54,203 nt of DNA from Girardia tigrina (Eukaryota): the NCBI GenBank assembly GCA_001938485.1, contig MQRK01226760.1, positions 9,576-63,778 of the forward strand, read 5' to 3'. A program made the position numbers and the translations under genes. Below the pieces are notes generated by a model that was given only the letters and a program-made list of their open reading frames with translations, did no database searches and was not told the DNA's origin. Below, in pieces: positions 12,401 to 25,600 of the stretch (positions are counted from its first letter, which is position 1; each line of letters begins with the position of its first letter).

Positions 12401-15271
12401 CTTCTAGAACCTTCTGAGAAGCATTTTGTTTTGCTAAGTGACATATTGTTTGAATAAGATATGATTGTTAGGTCTTTTACAATTTCATTAAAACACATGG
12501 TAAAGTAATACTGTAAACAAAGTGGAAGAAACACTTATTTAACGAAACTCATTAAACTATGTTAATGATGACTTTGTGATCCGAGAATGTGGAAAAAATC
12601 ATTGTCAGATAGTCATTCCTTTAATCTTTAATCTAAAATATTTCAAAAAATTAGCTTTAAAAAGGCCAATAACTTATGTATCAAAATCATTAATGGTAAA
12701 GTCAAAAGTATTGAACAATAACATAAGAGATATGTAATCTCTGATTTAGAAAATCTTGGAAAAAACAAGTGAAACAAAATAAATTGCTTTACTTCTTTCT
12801 TTGTCATGTGTGAAAGACATATCTATATAAGCTGAATAAAAAGAATCTGAGAAAGAGCAATTTTTTTTAACTACACTTGATACAAGATTCATGGAAGGTC
12901 AATAGAATATACGTTTATTTATAAATGTGTTGTATTTAAATGATAAATATTTATGAAGAAACAAATTCCTTTGCGTGACGATATTTTGTGCTTGTGAAGG
13001 TTACCGTTTGAGAAAAAACTGTCATTTTATATTCCAAAACATTTAGTAAACATTTTTTACCCGATGGAAATACAAGTTTTTCAAAATAAGAAATGAAAGG
13101 AATTTATAATAAAAACTATTTAATTATTATTTAAAACTTTCTTTTTTTCATTATTTAAGAAATGCCATAAGAATTATGTTCAGCAAATGTTTTATCGAAT
13201 GTTTATGAAGAATTAATATAATTAATAAATTTCATTTTAATATAAAATATAAATAAATAAAAAATATCAATTAAAATTTCAAAAATGATTTTTTTAAATC
13301 TTATTTATAAATCTGTAATTTTCAATTAATTTGAATATTTTATTAAAATTTAAATAATTAAATTTATAATTAATATATTATTTTTAATTAATAAATATTA
13401 ACTATATGATTTTAATGAAGATAATTGTGATTTTTCTACAAATATTTTAAAGGAAAATTGGGTAGAGATAAGTTGACCTATCACTATCAGTAAATTATTT
13501 TCTTTTAATTTAAAAATAAATAAATAATATTGATGCAAAAATATTTTAAATAATAAAATATTTTAAATAAATATTTAGAGATCAAATATAATAATGACCG
13601 AATTTCCGTTCCAATTTTTTAACTGTTCTTTTTTGTCTTTCAAATAAAAATCTTAGAAATGATACTAAACACCCTAACAATATATTTATAAATATTGTTT
13701 GTACCGAAAGAAAATAAGTAATTTTTAATATTAGTTTGTATTTTCTACAAAACACCTTTCATCTGAGTTTAATGAAATCTTTTCGAAGATGAAAAGCTTC
13801 ACAAAAAATATATTATATTTTTATTTATATTTTTTACTTTTTATTTATAGATTTATAAATTATAAAATTTATAACTAAAACAAAAATTTGCAAAAACAAA
13901 ATAATTATCTGCTTGCATATTATCAGGTAAAACGTGTTTAATTGAACATAAATATAAAGATAATAATAAATGATTAATTATTTTATTTATGAAGCAAAAT
14001 CTTTATTTATAAAAGAAGACAAATATATGTTTCCCAAACTACTCATTAATAAAAAATATTATTTTTTTAAAAAATTGGAATATTACTTTGCTTTAAAAAA
14101 AGGAAATTCAATACATTTCTAATTGTTGGAGAAACTAAATGCATTAAAATAATTAATTGAAAAAAATATTAGAAATAAAGTAAAAAAATATCCTTATCAT
14201 TTAAAAAAAGAAAACCTATTAATTAACATTTTTCCTCGTATAATTTTAATAATCTCAATTGAAACCAAATTTATTATATTTTTTGACATAAATTATGAAT
14301 AAAAATAATAAACTAGTAAATCAAAAAAAATAATTTTTTAAACCATGCTTTAGACGAATAAAAATCCCGAAAAATTGATTACTAAATTCTCAATTTTCAA
14401 CAATTTAATCGATTCAAAATCGATATTTAGGGTCCTTAACTGGAAATAAATGTTTTGTTTAGTTTAAGTTTGGTGCCACTGTGAGGTAGCAGTGAAATCT
14501 TGAACTACTATGTGGAACTCGAAACTTTTTTACCACATGACTCAATGCCAATTGTTGATTTTAGATAGCCTAAACTTCAGAGCGCCATAATCTCGCACCT
14601 TAAATTAGCTAAACCTTTTTTTGATACTGAAAAATTACGGAAGAGTCAAATACCCTGAGTCCAGATAATCAATAATATTCTTTGAAAATTCCTCATGACA
14701 AAGATTTAACCAAACAAACTATGATTAATAAGGAATCAAACAATGTATATATTGCAAAACATACGGAAAATTCATAAAGTTATAAAAATATAAAAAGATA
14801 TAAATTTGAATTTAGTTTATTTTCCTTTTTTTCTATAAATAATAATTAGGTGGCAATCGCAAATTTGTTTTTTAATGCAGATATTTTCAATCAATTCATG
14901 TGTTGCCATCGGGGTTACACATTTGTACATAACAATCTTTATTTTTCAAATGAAATAATGAAATGAAGAGAAGAAGAAACGTATTTATTTTATTATTAAA
15001 ATTTTCTATTATTTCGATTTGTAAAAGAAAAAAGGCGGATTCGAGCTCAACAAGATATTATTTACACCAACTGTTACTATATTAAACTGAAAACTATAAA
15101 TGGTTTCGTTTTATATATGCCAGGAAATCTAATTGATAAAATTACTATAGAACATCAACGGAAAATAATTACAATAATTATTTGTTCTCAAGTTGAATTG
15201 AGAAGTATTTGATGGAAGAACAAACTGAATTATGTATTTAAGTACTAGACAAAATATTATTATTATTCTTT

Positions 15272-15307
<36 letters not shown>

Positions 15308-16329
15308 GATTTATTTAATTTTTTCTCTATTTGGTTTTTATTATCTTTTTATAATTATTTTCTATTTTTTGCGACAATACAATAAAGCAACAAATAATAA
15401 TAATAATAAACAATAAATAAACAATAAATAAATTCTATTAGAGAAAAGTAAACAAAAGATTAACAACACTTTATTATTCTCTTTTATTCACACAATAACC
15501 TATTGTAAAAGCATAATCCAAATGAACTTGTTATAGTTATATTTAGTCATTGCATTTCCATTTTTACAAACTTTCAATTAAATTAATTATTTAATAAATT
15601 TACTCTACCGTTTGTTTTACTTCCAATTCCAAAGTTTTGAGAACGAATTTTCAGGACAAATACAAAATAAAATAAAGAAATTGTAAAACAAAATAAATGA
15701 AATAAAATATCATATAAGTGAAACGTAAAAAAGGTTAATTTATGATCGAAAGATTCAAAGAAATAAAATATTGGAAGTTTAAGAGATCTTTAATCTGCGA
15801 ATACCGGATATTTATTTAATCAGCATAATATTTTGACAAAAATTTCGTATCTTTTTCTAAAGAATATTGTTTTGCTGTAAATCATTATTTTTTGTTGTCA
15901 AACAATTTGTCTTTCCGGCTTTATTGGTTTCAAACAATCATTCAATTTCATGCATAATTAGTTGGGAAAAGTTACGGAAGTAGAGATTTTACGTTATTGA
16001 TTTTTAATAATATAAGCGTTCGAAAGGAAATATTATTTATAAATATGACTGCCTTTTTTTGTTTTCAAGCTTTTTATGACCATATTTATTGTTGGATTTG
16101 ATTTAAGAATGGTTTTGTATTGTAGGAATTCTATTTATTAGTTAAAATATTTTAAAAGTTTTACTAGGGCATGAAGAACTGAAAAAATATTTTTGAAATA
16201 TTTAATGTCAGAATTAATTTTGTAAAACTTCATTACGTTTTATTTATAAGTTTTAAAAATATGCAATGGCTTGTAACAGAAGATCAAGATCTGAAAAAAA
16301 AAATCAAATTATGTTGAAGTAAATATTAT

Positions 16330-16828
16330 TATTTACACCAACATGGGTTTTCAAACTTTTATTTTCATTACAATCAGAATTGTCTTTTGGACAACTCTCA
16401 GCGAAACTCTCGTTATACGACATCGTTCTAAATTGATAATTTTTTTGTTAATGTTTGTTAATAAATTTTTCATTATTTTCAGATTTTATTTTTAAAGTTC
16501 AAATTTTGTAATTTTAGTAATAATTTTATTTACATATTAATTTTATTTAAAAAATTATTTTATGGAAAGAAAGAACATTTANNNNNNNNNNNNNNNNNNN
16601 NNNNNNNNNNNNNNNNNNNNNNNNNNNNNNNNNNNNNNNNNNNNNNNNNNNNNNNNNNNNNNNNNNNNNNNNNNNNNNNNNNNNCTTTAAAATATAAATT
16701 ATACTCGAATAATTATTTATCGTGAACATCCAAAATATCAATTTTCCATCGGGGTGGGAGAAACACATTTCCAAATACTAAACTCAACATACAAAATTCA
16801 ACATACCAAATTTAAAATATTCCTCACA
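16330..16828 (-). mobile_element. solo-LTR-like element, TGTGAGGAA family (spans a gap)
   Basis: Near-identical reverse complement of 25119-25600; ATTAT TSD at 16325-16329 and 16829-16833. Confidence 0.85.
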
Positions 16829-16883
16829 ATTATATTTAAATAAATTTCAGATAAATATTTATATAAATATATAAGGTTATCAT

Positions 16884-17705
16884 TGTGAGGAATATTTTGA
16901 ATGTTTGATGTTTTGTGTTTGAATGTGTATGTTGATTTGGAAATGTAGCTGTAGCACCATTTACATTTGATTATTAGGTTGTTGCAAAAGCAATGCAGGT
17001 TTTTGAACCTAAACTTTAAATAATAAATGTACTCAGCAAAGAATAAACTTTATTTATCAAAATAAAAACCATAAGAATAGATTAATTTTTGCTAACCAGA
17101 AACAGGTTTATTGATGCCTCTAGTTTATAACTCCTGAGTTCTGGATGTTTTGAAAACGTTTAAGGCATCTTTGGTGTCGTCTTGGTTTTGAAGCATTTTT
17201 CCTAGAGTAAGTTATCCAGATACTTGAAAAAATCGGTGGGCGAGAGGTCCGGTGAGTAGGGTGTATTAGGAATATTTTGAATGTTTGATGTTTTGTGTTT
17301 GAATGTTGTACGTTGATTTGGAATTGTGTCTTTCTTACCCAGATGGATGATAAATATTTTAATTCTTATTATCTAAAAACATGTTATGTTTATATTTATT
17401 TTTAATTTCAAATAATTATAAAATTTTAAATAAGTTAATTAGTTTTTAGAATTTTTACAAAAATAAATCAAATTAATATTTTTTAAATAGTTAATAACCA
17501 TTTTAATAATTATCCAATAAGTTTTGAGTAAATATTTTATTAAAATATTTATTTCTCCATTTGCTAAAAAAATAATAAGAATTAATTTGGTAATCAATTT
17601 AGTTTAGAATGCAATTGTACGAAAGCTTTGACAAAGATTGTCTTAAGAACAATGAAAATTGTTGTTTAAATAAAAATATGAAAAGTCAAATTGGTGTTCT
17701 TAATA
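16884..17705 (+). mobile_element. composite LTR-like element: truncated copy + mariner piece + full copy
   Basis: Starts TGTGAGGAA, restarts TATTAGGAA at 17264, ends TTCTTAATA. An ATCAT TSD flanks the whole unit. Confidence 0.8.
16974..17263 (-). mobile_element. mariner (cecropia/Hsmar1-like) 3' end with TIR
   Basis: TA followed by TTAGGTTGTTGCAAAAGCAATGCAGGTTTTT (Hsmar1/MADE1-like TIR). Translation PYSPDLSPTD-FFKYLDN...GINKPVSG*QK...GFYFD. Confidence 0.9.
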
Positions 17706-19636
17706 ATCATTTAACATGTTTTAATCTGTTAAACAAAAGAGTTTAATGTGTATGTTTTTATGTGATAAAATATTTTAATAAAAAATCTAAAATTAGAAAT
17801 ATTTCGATTTTTAATGGCAAATAAACTTGTATAAAGTAAAAGTATGTTATAACTTCATAAAAATCAGCTTTTAATTACAAGGTGGAAAAATATTATTTTG
17901 TCTACCTATAAATATACAGATCGAACTACTTAGTGGTCTTTGGAATGCTTAAATTAAAGATTGATGAGTTATATGATGCAGTTTCGATGATGCAAATAAA
18001 AAGAAAAATAGTAAAACAAAAAGTTGTTAAGACATTTTTCAATAGGTATTTTCATTTTTCAATTTTTAGAAAAATCAAGAATTTTAAAATCCTCCTAAAT
18101 TCAAAGAAACTGAAAACAAATAACATGTTTTGATTTTGATTTCTTCAGAAAATTTATATAATAAAAACATTAAATACATATTTAATAAAAGTTATTAAAG
18201 GAAGAAAAAAGAAAACAATTCAAAAACTATCAAACAAAAAAGATTGAGTTTATTGTATTAAAAAAATTAATTCAAGACAATTATATTTTTCAATTATAAA
18301 ATTAATTTATAATAAATAATTATAACGGCATTTATTTAATACATCTCTAAAATTAAAAAACATATCAATCAAAAAAATAATAATTATAATAATTATTTAT
18401 TAAAGCAAATAATAATAATAATAAACAATTAATAATGATATTAACAAAACAGAAAATTTTTAAAAACTAAAATATATCACTATATATATTAATTATCACT
18501 AATTATATACAATATTCAGATAAATCAGATAAAAAATTAGAAGAAATAATCAGTTATAATAGATGTTCTTTTAATGTAATTGTTTATCTTCTTTAAATAT
18601 TCATTTGAAATATAATTTGTATTAACAGATGATATTTTATCTATTGAGACTATTTCGTTGATTCAAGACGTTTAGTTAGAAAAATTATAAATTATAATAC
18701 TCTTATAAAATATAATATTTATATTATGTTTTCTTTTGTTTTGTTTGCATTTTTAAATGATAAAAAAAATCGATTTATATAAATATCTTTCAGATTAGAA
18801 ATTTTAAAAATATAAATTAAAATGTTAAATAAATCTTAATTCAAATAATTAAATCTGATTTTAAATAATAATAATAATGAAGTTGTATTTTTTTATAATA
18901 GTCATTTAAATAATTTGATTTATTTANNNNNNNNNNNNNNNNNNNNNNNNNNNNNNNNNNNNNNNNNNNNNNNNNNNNNNNNNNNNNNNNNNNNNNNNNN
19001 NNNNNNNNNNNNNNNNNNNNNNNNNNNNNNNNNNNNNNNNNNNNNNNNNNNNNNNNNNNNNNNNAAAATCCCATCATGCGGACCTGAGGTTACTTTTATC
19101 TTTTATAGATCAAAAATAAATGAGTATTAGAAAAAATAATAATTAGTATATATTGTAAATTAACCCAAACAGTAAAACTAAAAAAAAATATATGATGATA
19201 TCACTAGCAAAATGACTTGAATTTGAGAATAGTCAATAATAAACAATTAGTTACTTTTGTGGCGATACTCCGGAGAGAATAAATAGGACTGGATTATGAT
19301 GGTTCGTCAAAATTTACAATAATAGGAGATTGATGGAATTTTTGTTGATTTCGACTGGGGGGAATTCGAAAGGCTATAATTTCGTTTCTTCAGTGATAAT
19401 AATTCTGTCAATGGATGGATATTAGAATTGATCTTGTATTCACAAAATAAAATGTTAAGAATAAAATTTCGGTTTTGAAAACACAGGAATACAATGTGGA
19501 GAATAGATATCAGAATAAAACGGAAGATAATTTCAGTTAAGTGAAATATATTTATCTTTTGTGATCGATATATGATTTATATATCGATTAAATTTTAAAA
19601 TTAAATTTTAAACTCTTAACTCTATGAGATATTTCA

Positions 19637-20000
19637 TCAAATCCAAAATGCTGCTCGCATTTTCTCTTCACAAGTACTCCCTGGGGCCTCCTCGTATCTG
19701 ACAATCGCATCTGGAGTCAAGTAGGGTGTTACCAGTAGGATTTTTCTCTCCTCTGATAATCCCATAATCTTTGAATACCTGTTAAAACTTATCAGGAATT
19801 CTTCTAATTTGTGCTCGGATCCATCTAATGTTTCTGGACCTTTGATGTTCGGAGTCACGTGGTGTGAAGTCACCATGTAAGGAGAACTCACACATTTGAC
19901 AGAACATTTATTACATTCTTATTTCTTATCATCTTTATGATGATCAACAGTAAGGCTTTCACTAGAATCCATCAATCAATTTTCAATATCTCCCATCATA
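19637..20000 (-). mobile_element. LTR retrotransposon gag N-terminal fragment
   Basis: PETLDGSEHKLEEFLISFNRYSKIMGLSEERKILLVTPYL resembles the gypsy capsid N-terminal pattern. Confidence 0.65.
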
Positions 20001-20147
20001 ATCTGAACTATACTTGAGAAGACCACTTTATTTAAAAATATTTAATTTAAATTTTATTGGCTAAAATAAAATATTTTTATAGTCATTTTTAAACATTAAT
20101 TTGATTTTAATTATTTAAAAATTTACAAAAATAAAATCAATAATATT

Positions 20148-20962
20148 AGGTTCGTGATTGAAATCAGAATTCATAATTTGCAAACTTTTATTTCTACTAC
20201 AATTTTCATTATTGAAACAAATTTATGAAGAACTATTTCAATTTCATAATCCAGATCTAAAAATTCTAAATATACATAATAATATCGATAAATAAATAAA
20301 TATGTTATTTTATTCAATTTTTTATAAATTTAGATCTTTAAAAATATTTTGAAAATTCAATTTAAACATAGTGATAATAATTTAAACTATAAATTATTTC
20401 TCTTTAATAAAACAATTTATTTCTTTTTAGCAAAAATTTACAAAAACCATTTACAACTTTAAGATACAATTCACAAATTTGAAATACAGCAAATATTATT
20501 TTATTTTTGAATATAAATCACAATTTTTTAAAATACACAAATATTAATCACTATTTAAATTTATTATCATTTAATAGGGATTTTAATTATAAAATTTTAA
20601 AATATTTATATATCTATATTTTATTAATTATTTATGGAATTAACTTTTTAAAATTAATTAAGATATTTTTTTATAACTGTTTAAAAAATTTTGGTTTNNN
20701 NNNNNNNNNNNNNNNNNNNNNNNNNNNNNNNNNNNNNNNNNNNNNNNAACTTTTTAAAATTAATTAAGATATTTTTTTATAACTGTTTAAAAAATTTTGG
20801 TTTTAAATATTTATTTTACAGATTATTTATAACAATTAATTATTTTCAAATTAATAAAATTTTTTAATATTATTTTTGATTTATTTAAAATATAAATATG
20901 ATTTTTAAAAATATCGAAAATTTAAAAATATCAAAAATTTAAAGATCACCAAAAAGAACCCC
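20148..20962. repeat. ~0.8 kb dispersed non-coding repeat (MITE-like), copy 1
   Basis: Both ends are shared with 33729-34536 (GGTTCGTGATT... and ...ACCAAAAAGAACCCC); short (G)GGTTC/GAACC(C) inverted ends. Confidence 0.75.
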
Positions 20963-21054
20963 GACAAATAAAATTATTTAAAAGTTTCAATAATAAAAAC
21001 TAAAAATTTAAATATTAAATCTAAATTTAAATAAATTAGTTTCAGATTATAAGA

Positions 21055-21167
21055 AATTAAATATTGATAATCCATCTGGTTAGGAGAGGCACAATCCAAA
21101 ATCAACATACAACATTTAAACATGCAAAAACTACACAAAAACAATTATACACCAAATATTCCTCACA
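21055..21167 (-). mobile_element. 5' part of a TGTGAGGAA-family copy abutting gypsy pol
   Basis: Reverse complement begins TGTGAGGAATA and contains GTGCCTCTCCTAACCAGATGGATT, similar to 44723-44747. Confidence 0.75.
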
Positions 21168-23630
21168 ATATAGATGTATTTATGACACATAAATTGGATG
21201 TGGGTTGTACAAAACTTTTGAAACATAAAATTATAACAAAAGGCGATCCGATTTTAATGAAACCGAGAATCCAACCAGCCAATCTAGAAGATAAAATTGA
21301 AGATCTGATAAAGAATCTGGAGGACAATAAGATTATCAAACGACGCGATTTGCCCTGGAACACACCTGGAACACATGGTTTGTGTGTGGAAAAAAGTAAC
21401 AGAAAAAATAAAGTAACAGAAAGACCAGCATACTCTATGCCTAACATTGAGGAAATATTTAATTCTCTTAACGGTGCTCGTGCTTTTAGCACAATCGCTT
21501 GGGAATGCCTATTACCAAGTGGAGTTAGATGAAGATTCAAAACTGAAAACGGCGTTTTCTACAAAAAGCGGTCCGTTCTGTTTTAACCACACACCATTCG
21601 GAATAGCTGCTGCTCCAGCTACTTTTCAAAGATTAATGAATATTGTTTTAGGTGATATACTTTGGAAGGACGCTTTGGTTTATTTAGATTGCATTCTTGT
21701 TTTTTCAAAGACTCTGGACGAACATATTTTTAAATTAAATAAATTATTTGATAAAATTAAATGCGCAGGTCTTCAAAAAAACCCAGAGAAATGTCATTTT
21801 TTAAAACAGAAAACCAAATTTTTAGGTCACATAATTGATGAAGGAGTTAGAACCGATCCAGACAAGTTAGAATCCATCAAAATATTTGAAAGATCGAAAT
21901 GTATTAAAAAAATTAAGAAGTTTTCTGGGTCTTTGTAATTATTATCGGAAATCTATAAAGAACTATTCAAGTCTTGCAAGAAATCTAGAAACTCTCTGTG
22001 GCAGCAACAAGAAAAAACTCTTTTGGAACGATGAATTTGAAAAATCATTTTGTCAATTGAAGGAAGCTCTAACGAAAAAACCCGTGCTAGCATATCCTGA
22101 TTTCAATAAGGATTTCCTTTTAGATACAGATGCAAGTCACAATACGATTGGTGCAGCTTTATCTCAGTTAGATGACGAAGGGAATGAAAAAGTAATTGCC
22201 TATGGATCACATGCTATGAGTAAACATGAAATTGGATACTGCATAACAAGGAAGGAGTTGTTAGCAATTTATTTTTTCACGCAAAACTTTAAGCACTATC
22301 TATATGGCAGACAGTTTACTTTAAGAAGGGATCACTAAGCAATAACTTTCATGCTGACAACGAAGAAACTTATAACATCCCAATTTCAAACGTGGCTAAA
22401 CTTTTTAAGTAGTTTTGATACGAAATTAGAGTATAGAAAGGGCTTGCATCATTCAAATGCAGATGCATTATCAATGAGAGATTGCGATATGTGATGTCAA
22501 CATCAAATGCAACACGAGGAGTCTAAAAATGGAAAACTGAAGACCAAAGTTTTAGCATCACTTTCCAAATCAGATATTTTCAAATGGCAACATCATAGCA
22601 AAGAGATTGAGGTTAAAAGACGGATAGATAATTATGAAATAGATGAATATACATTAACCCAATGAGTGGTTATGACACACGAAAGAAAAATATGTATTTC
22701 GGCTAATAATAGATGTCAATTTATTCAATATTCATTCAATGTTGTACCATGCAGGTATAGAAAAAGTTTTCAATTACATAAAAGACACTTATCCAATGGA
22801 AAATCTTAAAGAAAAGGTCAAGGAAATAATAGAAACGTGTGAAGTACGTCAAAAAGGAAAGTATTAACAACAAGGACAAAAGAAGTTATAATCAAACAGA
22901 AATGTGATTATTCATTCTAATCAATCTTTATAGATTTCTGTGGACCTTTAAAGGTCAATAAATATGGCAAAAAGTATATATTAGGTATAATTGACCAATT
23001 TAGCAGATATATTTCACTATCTGCAGTTGCTAAATAAGATGAAGAGACTACATCTAGAACAATTTAAAAAATTGGATATTGAAATTCGTGCACCAAGAAT
23101 TACTGATGTTGATCGTGGAAAGACATTTGAATCAAAATTAATTAGAATCATGTGTGAACAATTTCATATCATATTAGAGTTTTCAAGTCCATACCGCCAT
23201 AATACAAATGGTATAAATGAAAGGCAATTTAGGACTATTCGGGATATTCAAAACGACAAGTGAGACAGATAAAAGTACGAATTTGGTCGATTTACTTCCA
23301 GAAATTGAATTTTGTTTAAATGCCACTGTGCAAAAATCATTACAAATTAGTCCAGTAGAAATAATTTTAGGTTTTAAAATCAATAGAGTATGAGGTGATA
23401 CAAATAGAGCTGGTAAAATTTAATTATTTTATCATAATGACAATCGTGGAAATAGGTTTTTCGAAATAAATTACAAAGTGTTAGTAAAAAAAGAAGGACG
23501 TGGTGAAAGATGAACGCAGGTATGAAGGTCCTTATCAAGTCATTAAAAAAATTCATGATCGCAGTTATGAGTTGGAAAACGATATCGGTAAAAAATTATA
23601 CGCAATATATAATGGTTAAGGTCTTCTAAG
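21168..23630 (+). mobile_element. Ty3/gypsy pol pseudogene (RT, RNase H, integrase)
   Basis: PFG...APATFQ, YLDC (broken YxDD), LRSFLGLCNYYR, DAS, KELLA, DH, integrase IDFCGP/IDQFSR/DRGKTF/NGINER and GPY. Many frameshifts and stops. Confidence 0.95.
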
Positions 23631-23837
23631 AAAGGGGTATGTTAGGAAGAATAATAGTATTATTAAACTATTATTCAAAATTATAATCCTTCAAATAAAT
23701 ATTAATTTATATAAAATTAATTAAATGTGGTTCCAATTATGTCATCATTAATTCTCGCATTTTTTATGTATTTGTTCTAATTATTAAATATATTTTGGGA
23801 AACGAAGTTATTGTGCAATTCTTATTATAAACTAACA
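23628..23837 (+). mobile_element. polypurine tract and 3' LTR of the gypsy element
   Basis: AAGAAAGGGGTA followed by TGTTAG (23640) ... CTAACA (23837) inverted termini. Confidence 0.7.
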
Positions 23838-25118
23838 TTATCGATGTAGTTTAAGATATGTTTTTTTTATTTTTATCATGATGTTGTGATAATTAAATTC
23901 GTAATACTGCTAACGGTAATACAAATTTAAATCTGTAAGCAATAAATAAATGAAGCAGATTTAATTAATACTGCAAGAATTATTAACCATGCTGGGCAAT
24001 ATATTCAAAAGAACTACAAGATGACCATTTACCGCTATAATCAAACGTGAGTCCGATTTTGAGACTGCTGGTTTTCTTGGAACTTCCCAAATTCAGCGAA
24101 AATTAGACGTTAAATATTTTTTATTGTTACTTTCGTTGATCAAATTATACTTTTTTTATTCAAATTGTTTTATTTTGCAATTTTTTTATTTTAATTTTTG
24201 CTTGTGAAACCTTTATTCCAGATAATCTTTGTTTTAGCAGTGATTATTAAAAGTTTGTGATAAATAAAGGTTTTACTATTATATTATATTATATTATAAA
24301 AATATATAGTTTCAATGAAAATTTTTGGAGGGTTACATTATTATAAATTAATTGATAATAAATAAAGTTGATTATACTTAAAAAAGAATCGTCTATTGTC
24401 GGTGTAATAATGACCTAAGCTCCAATCTTTCTTTTTGAATCAAATTAAAAAAAATATATTTTTAGAAATTTAAAATATCAAAAAATAATATAATATAAAA
24501 AATAATTAAAAATTAAAATTAATAATTATTTTTTTCAAGATTAATTTTTTATTAAATTAAATCAATCATCAAAGAAGATGAAAAAATTCTGATATTTATA
24601 AAAAGCAAAGAAAACCACAAATCGTTTGAAGAGCCGGTATTACCCAAATACATTTTGTTGGGTAGTTGCGGGTGCCCTAGATCTCAGTAGTGAAAAAAAA
24701 TATTATTTTCTATGATTCTTCGATTAAACAGTTTTACCCTTTCCATGTTGCGACATAATAAGTTCTTTTTATGCTTGATGAAAATAACAATAATATAATT
24801 ATCACATTTTAAATAGAAGTATCTCAATCAATATAAAAAATAATACTATAATTTCATAAATTTTATTTAATAATGACAGATTAGTTATTTATTTATATTT
24901 TTAAAATTCGTTATTATAAATTATGTATTGGCAATTTTATGCCGGGCTGCTATTATTTGCACCCATTATAACTTTTTCCAATTGACTGAGCACATAAGTG
25001 TAAAATTTTCTGAAGTTGAATTTAATGATTTTATTAGATTTTCTCCCGAATCGTAAAATAATTATTTTCTTTCTTTTTCATCGTTGATACCTGATCCGTT
25101 CGATCTTCAGGTTATGAA

Positions 25119-25600
25119 TGTGAGGAATATTTTAAATTTGGTATGTTGAAATTGGTTTGTTGAATTTTGTATGTTGAGTTTAGTATTTGGAAATGTGTTT
25201 CTCCCACCCAGATGGAAAATTGATATTTTAGATGTTCACGATAAATAATTATTCGAGTATAATTTATATAATTTAAATTTTAATTTATATATTAAAGTAC
25301 AACATAAGATATTTAAAAACATTAAAAATATTAAATCTTTTCAAATCTTCATATTAAAATTTAAATAAATTAATATGTAAATAAAAATTAATACTAAAAC
25401 TACAAAATTGAATTTTAAAAATAAAATCAGAAAATAATGAAAAATTTGTTCGAATAATTGTTTATTAACAAACATTAATAAAAAAAATTATCAATTTAGA
25501 ACGATGTCGAATGACGAGAGTTTCGCTGAGAGTTGTCCAAAAGACAATTCTGATTGTAATGAAAATAAAAGTTTGAAAAGCCATGTTGGTGTTCTTAATA
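25119..25600 (+). mobile_element. solo-LTR-like element, TGTGAGGAA family (482 bp)
   Basis: TGTGAGGAA...TTCTTAATA with a perfect ATGAA TSD. Confidence 0.9.

Noticed and set aside
14470-14545. TGAGGTAG (let-7 seed) with small hairpins
   Set aside because: No pre-miRNA-length stem pairing the putative mature arm; the region looks like a MITE relic.
20640-20805. ~55-bp direct repeat either side of an N gap
   Set aside because: Typical contig-end overlap artefact.
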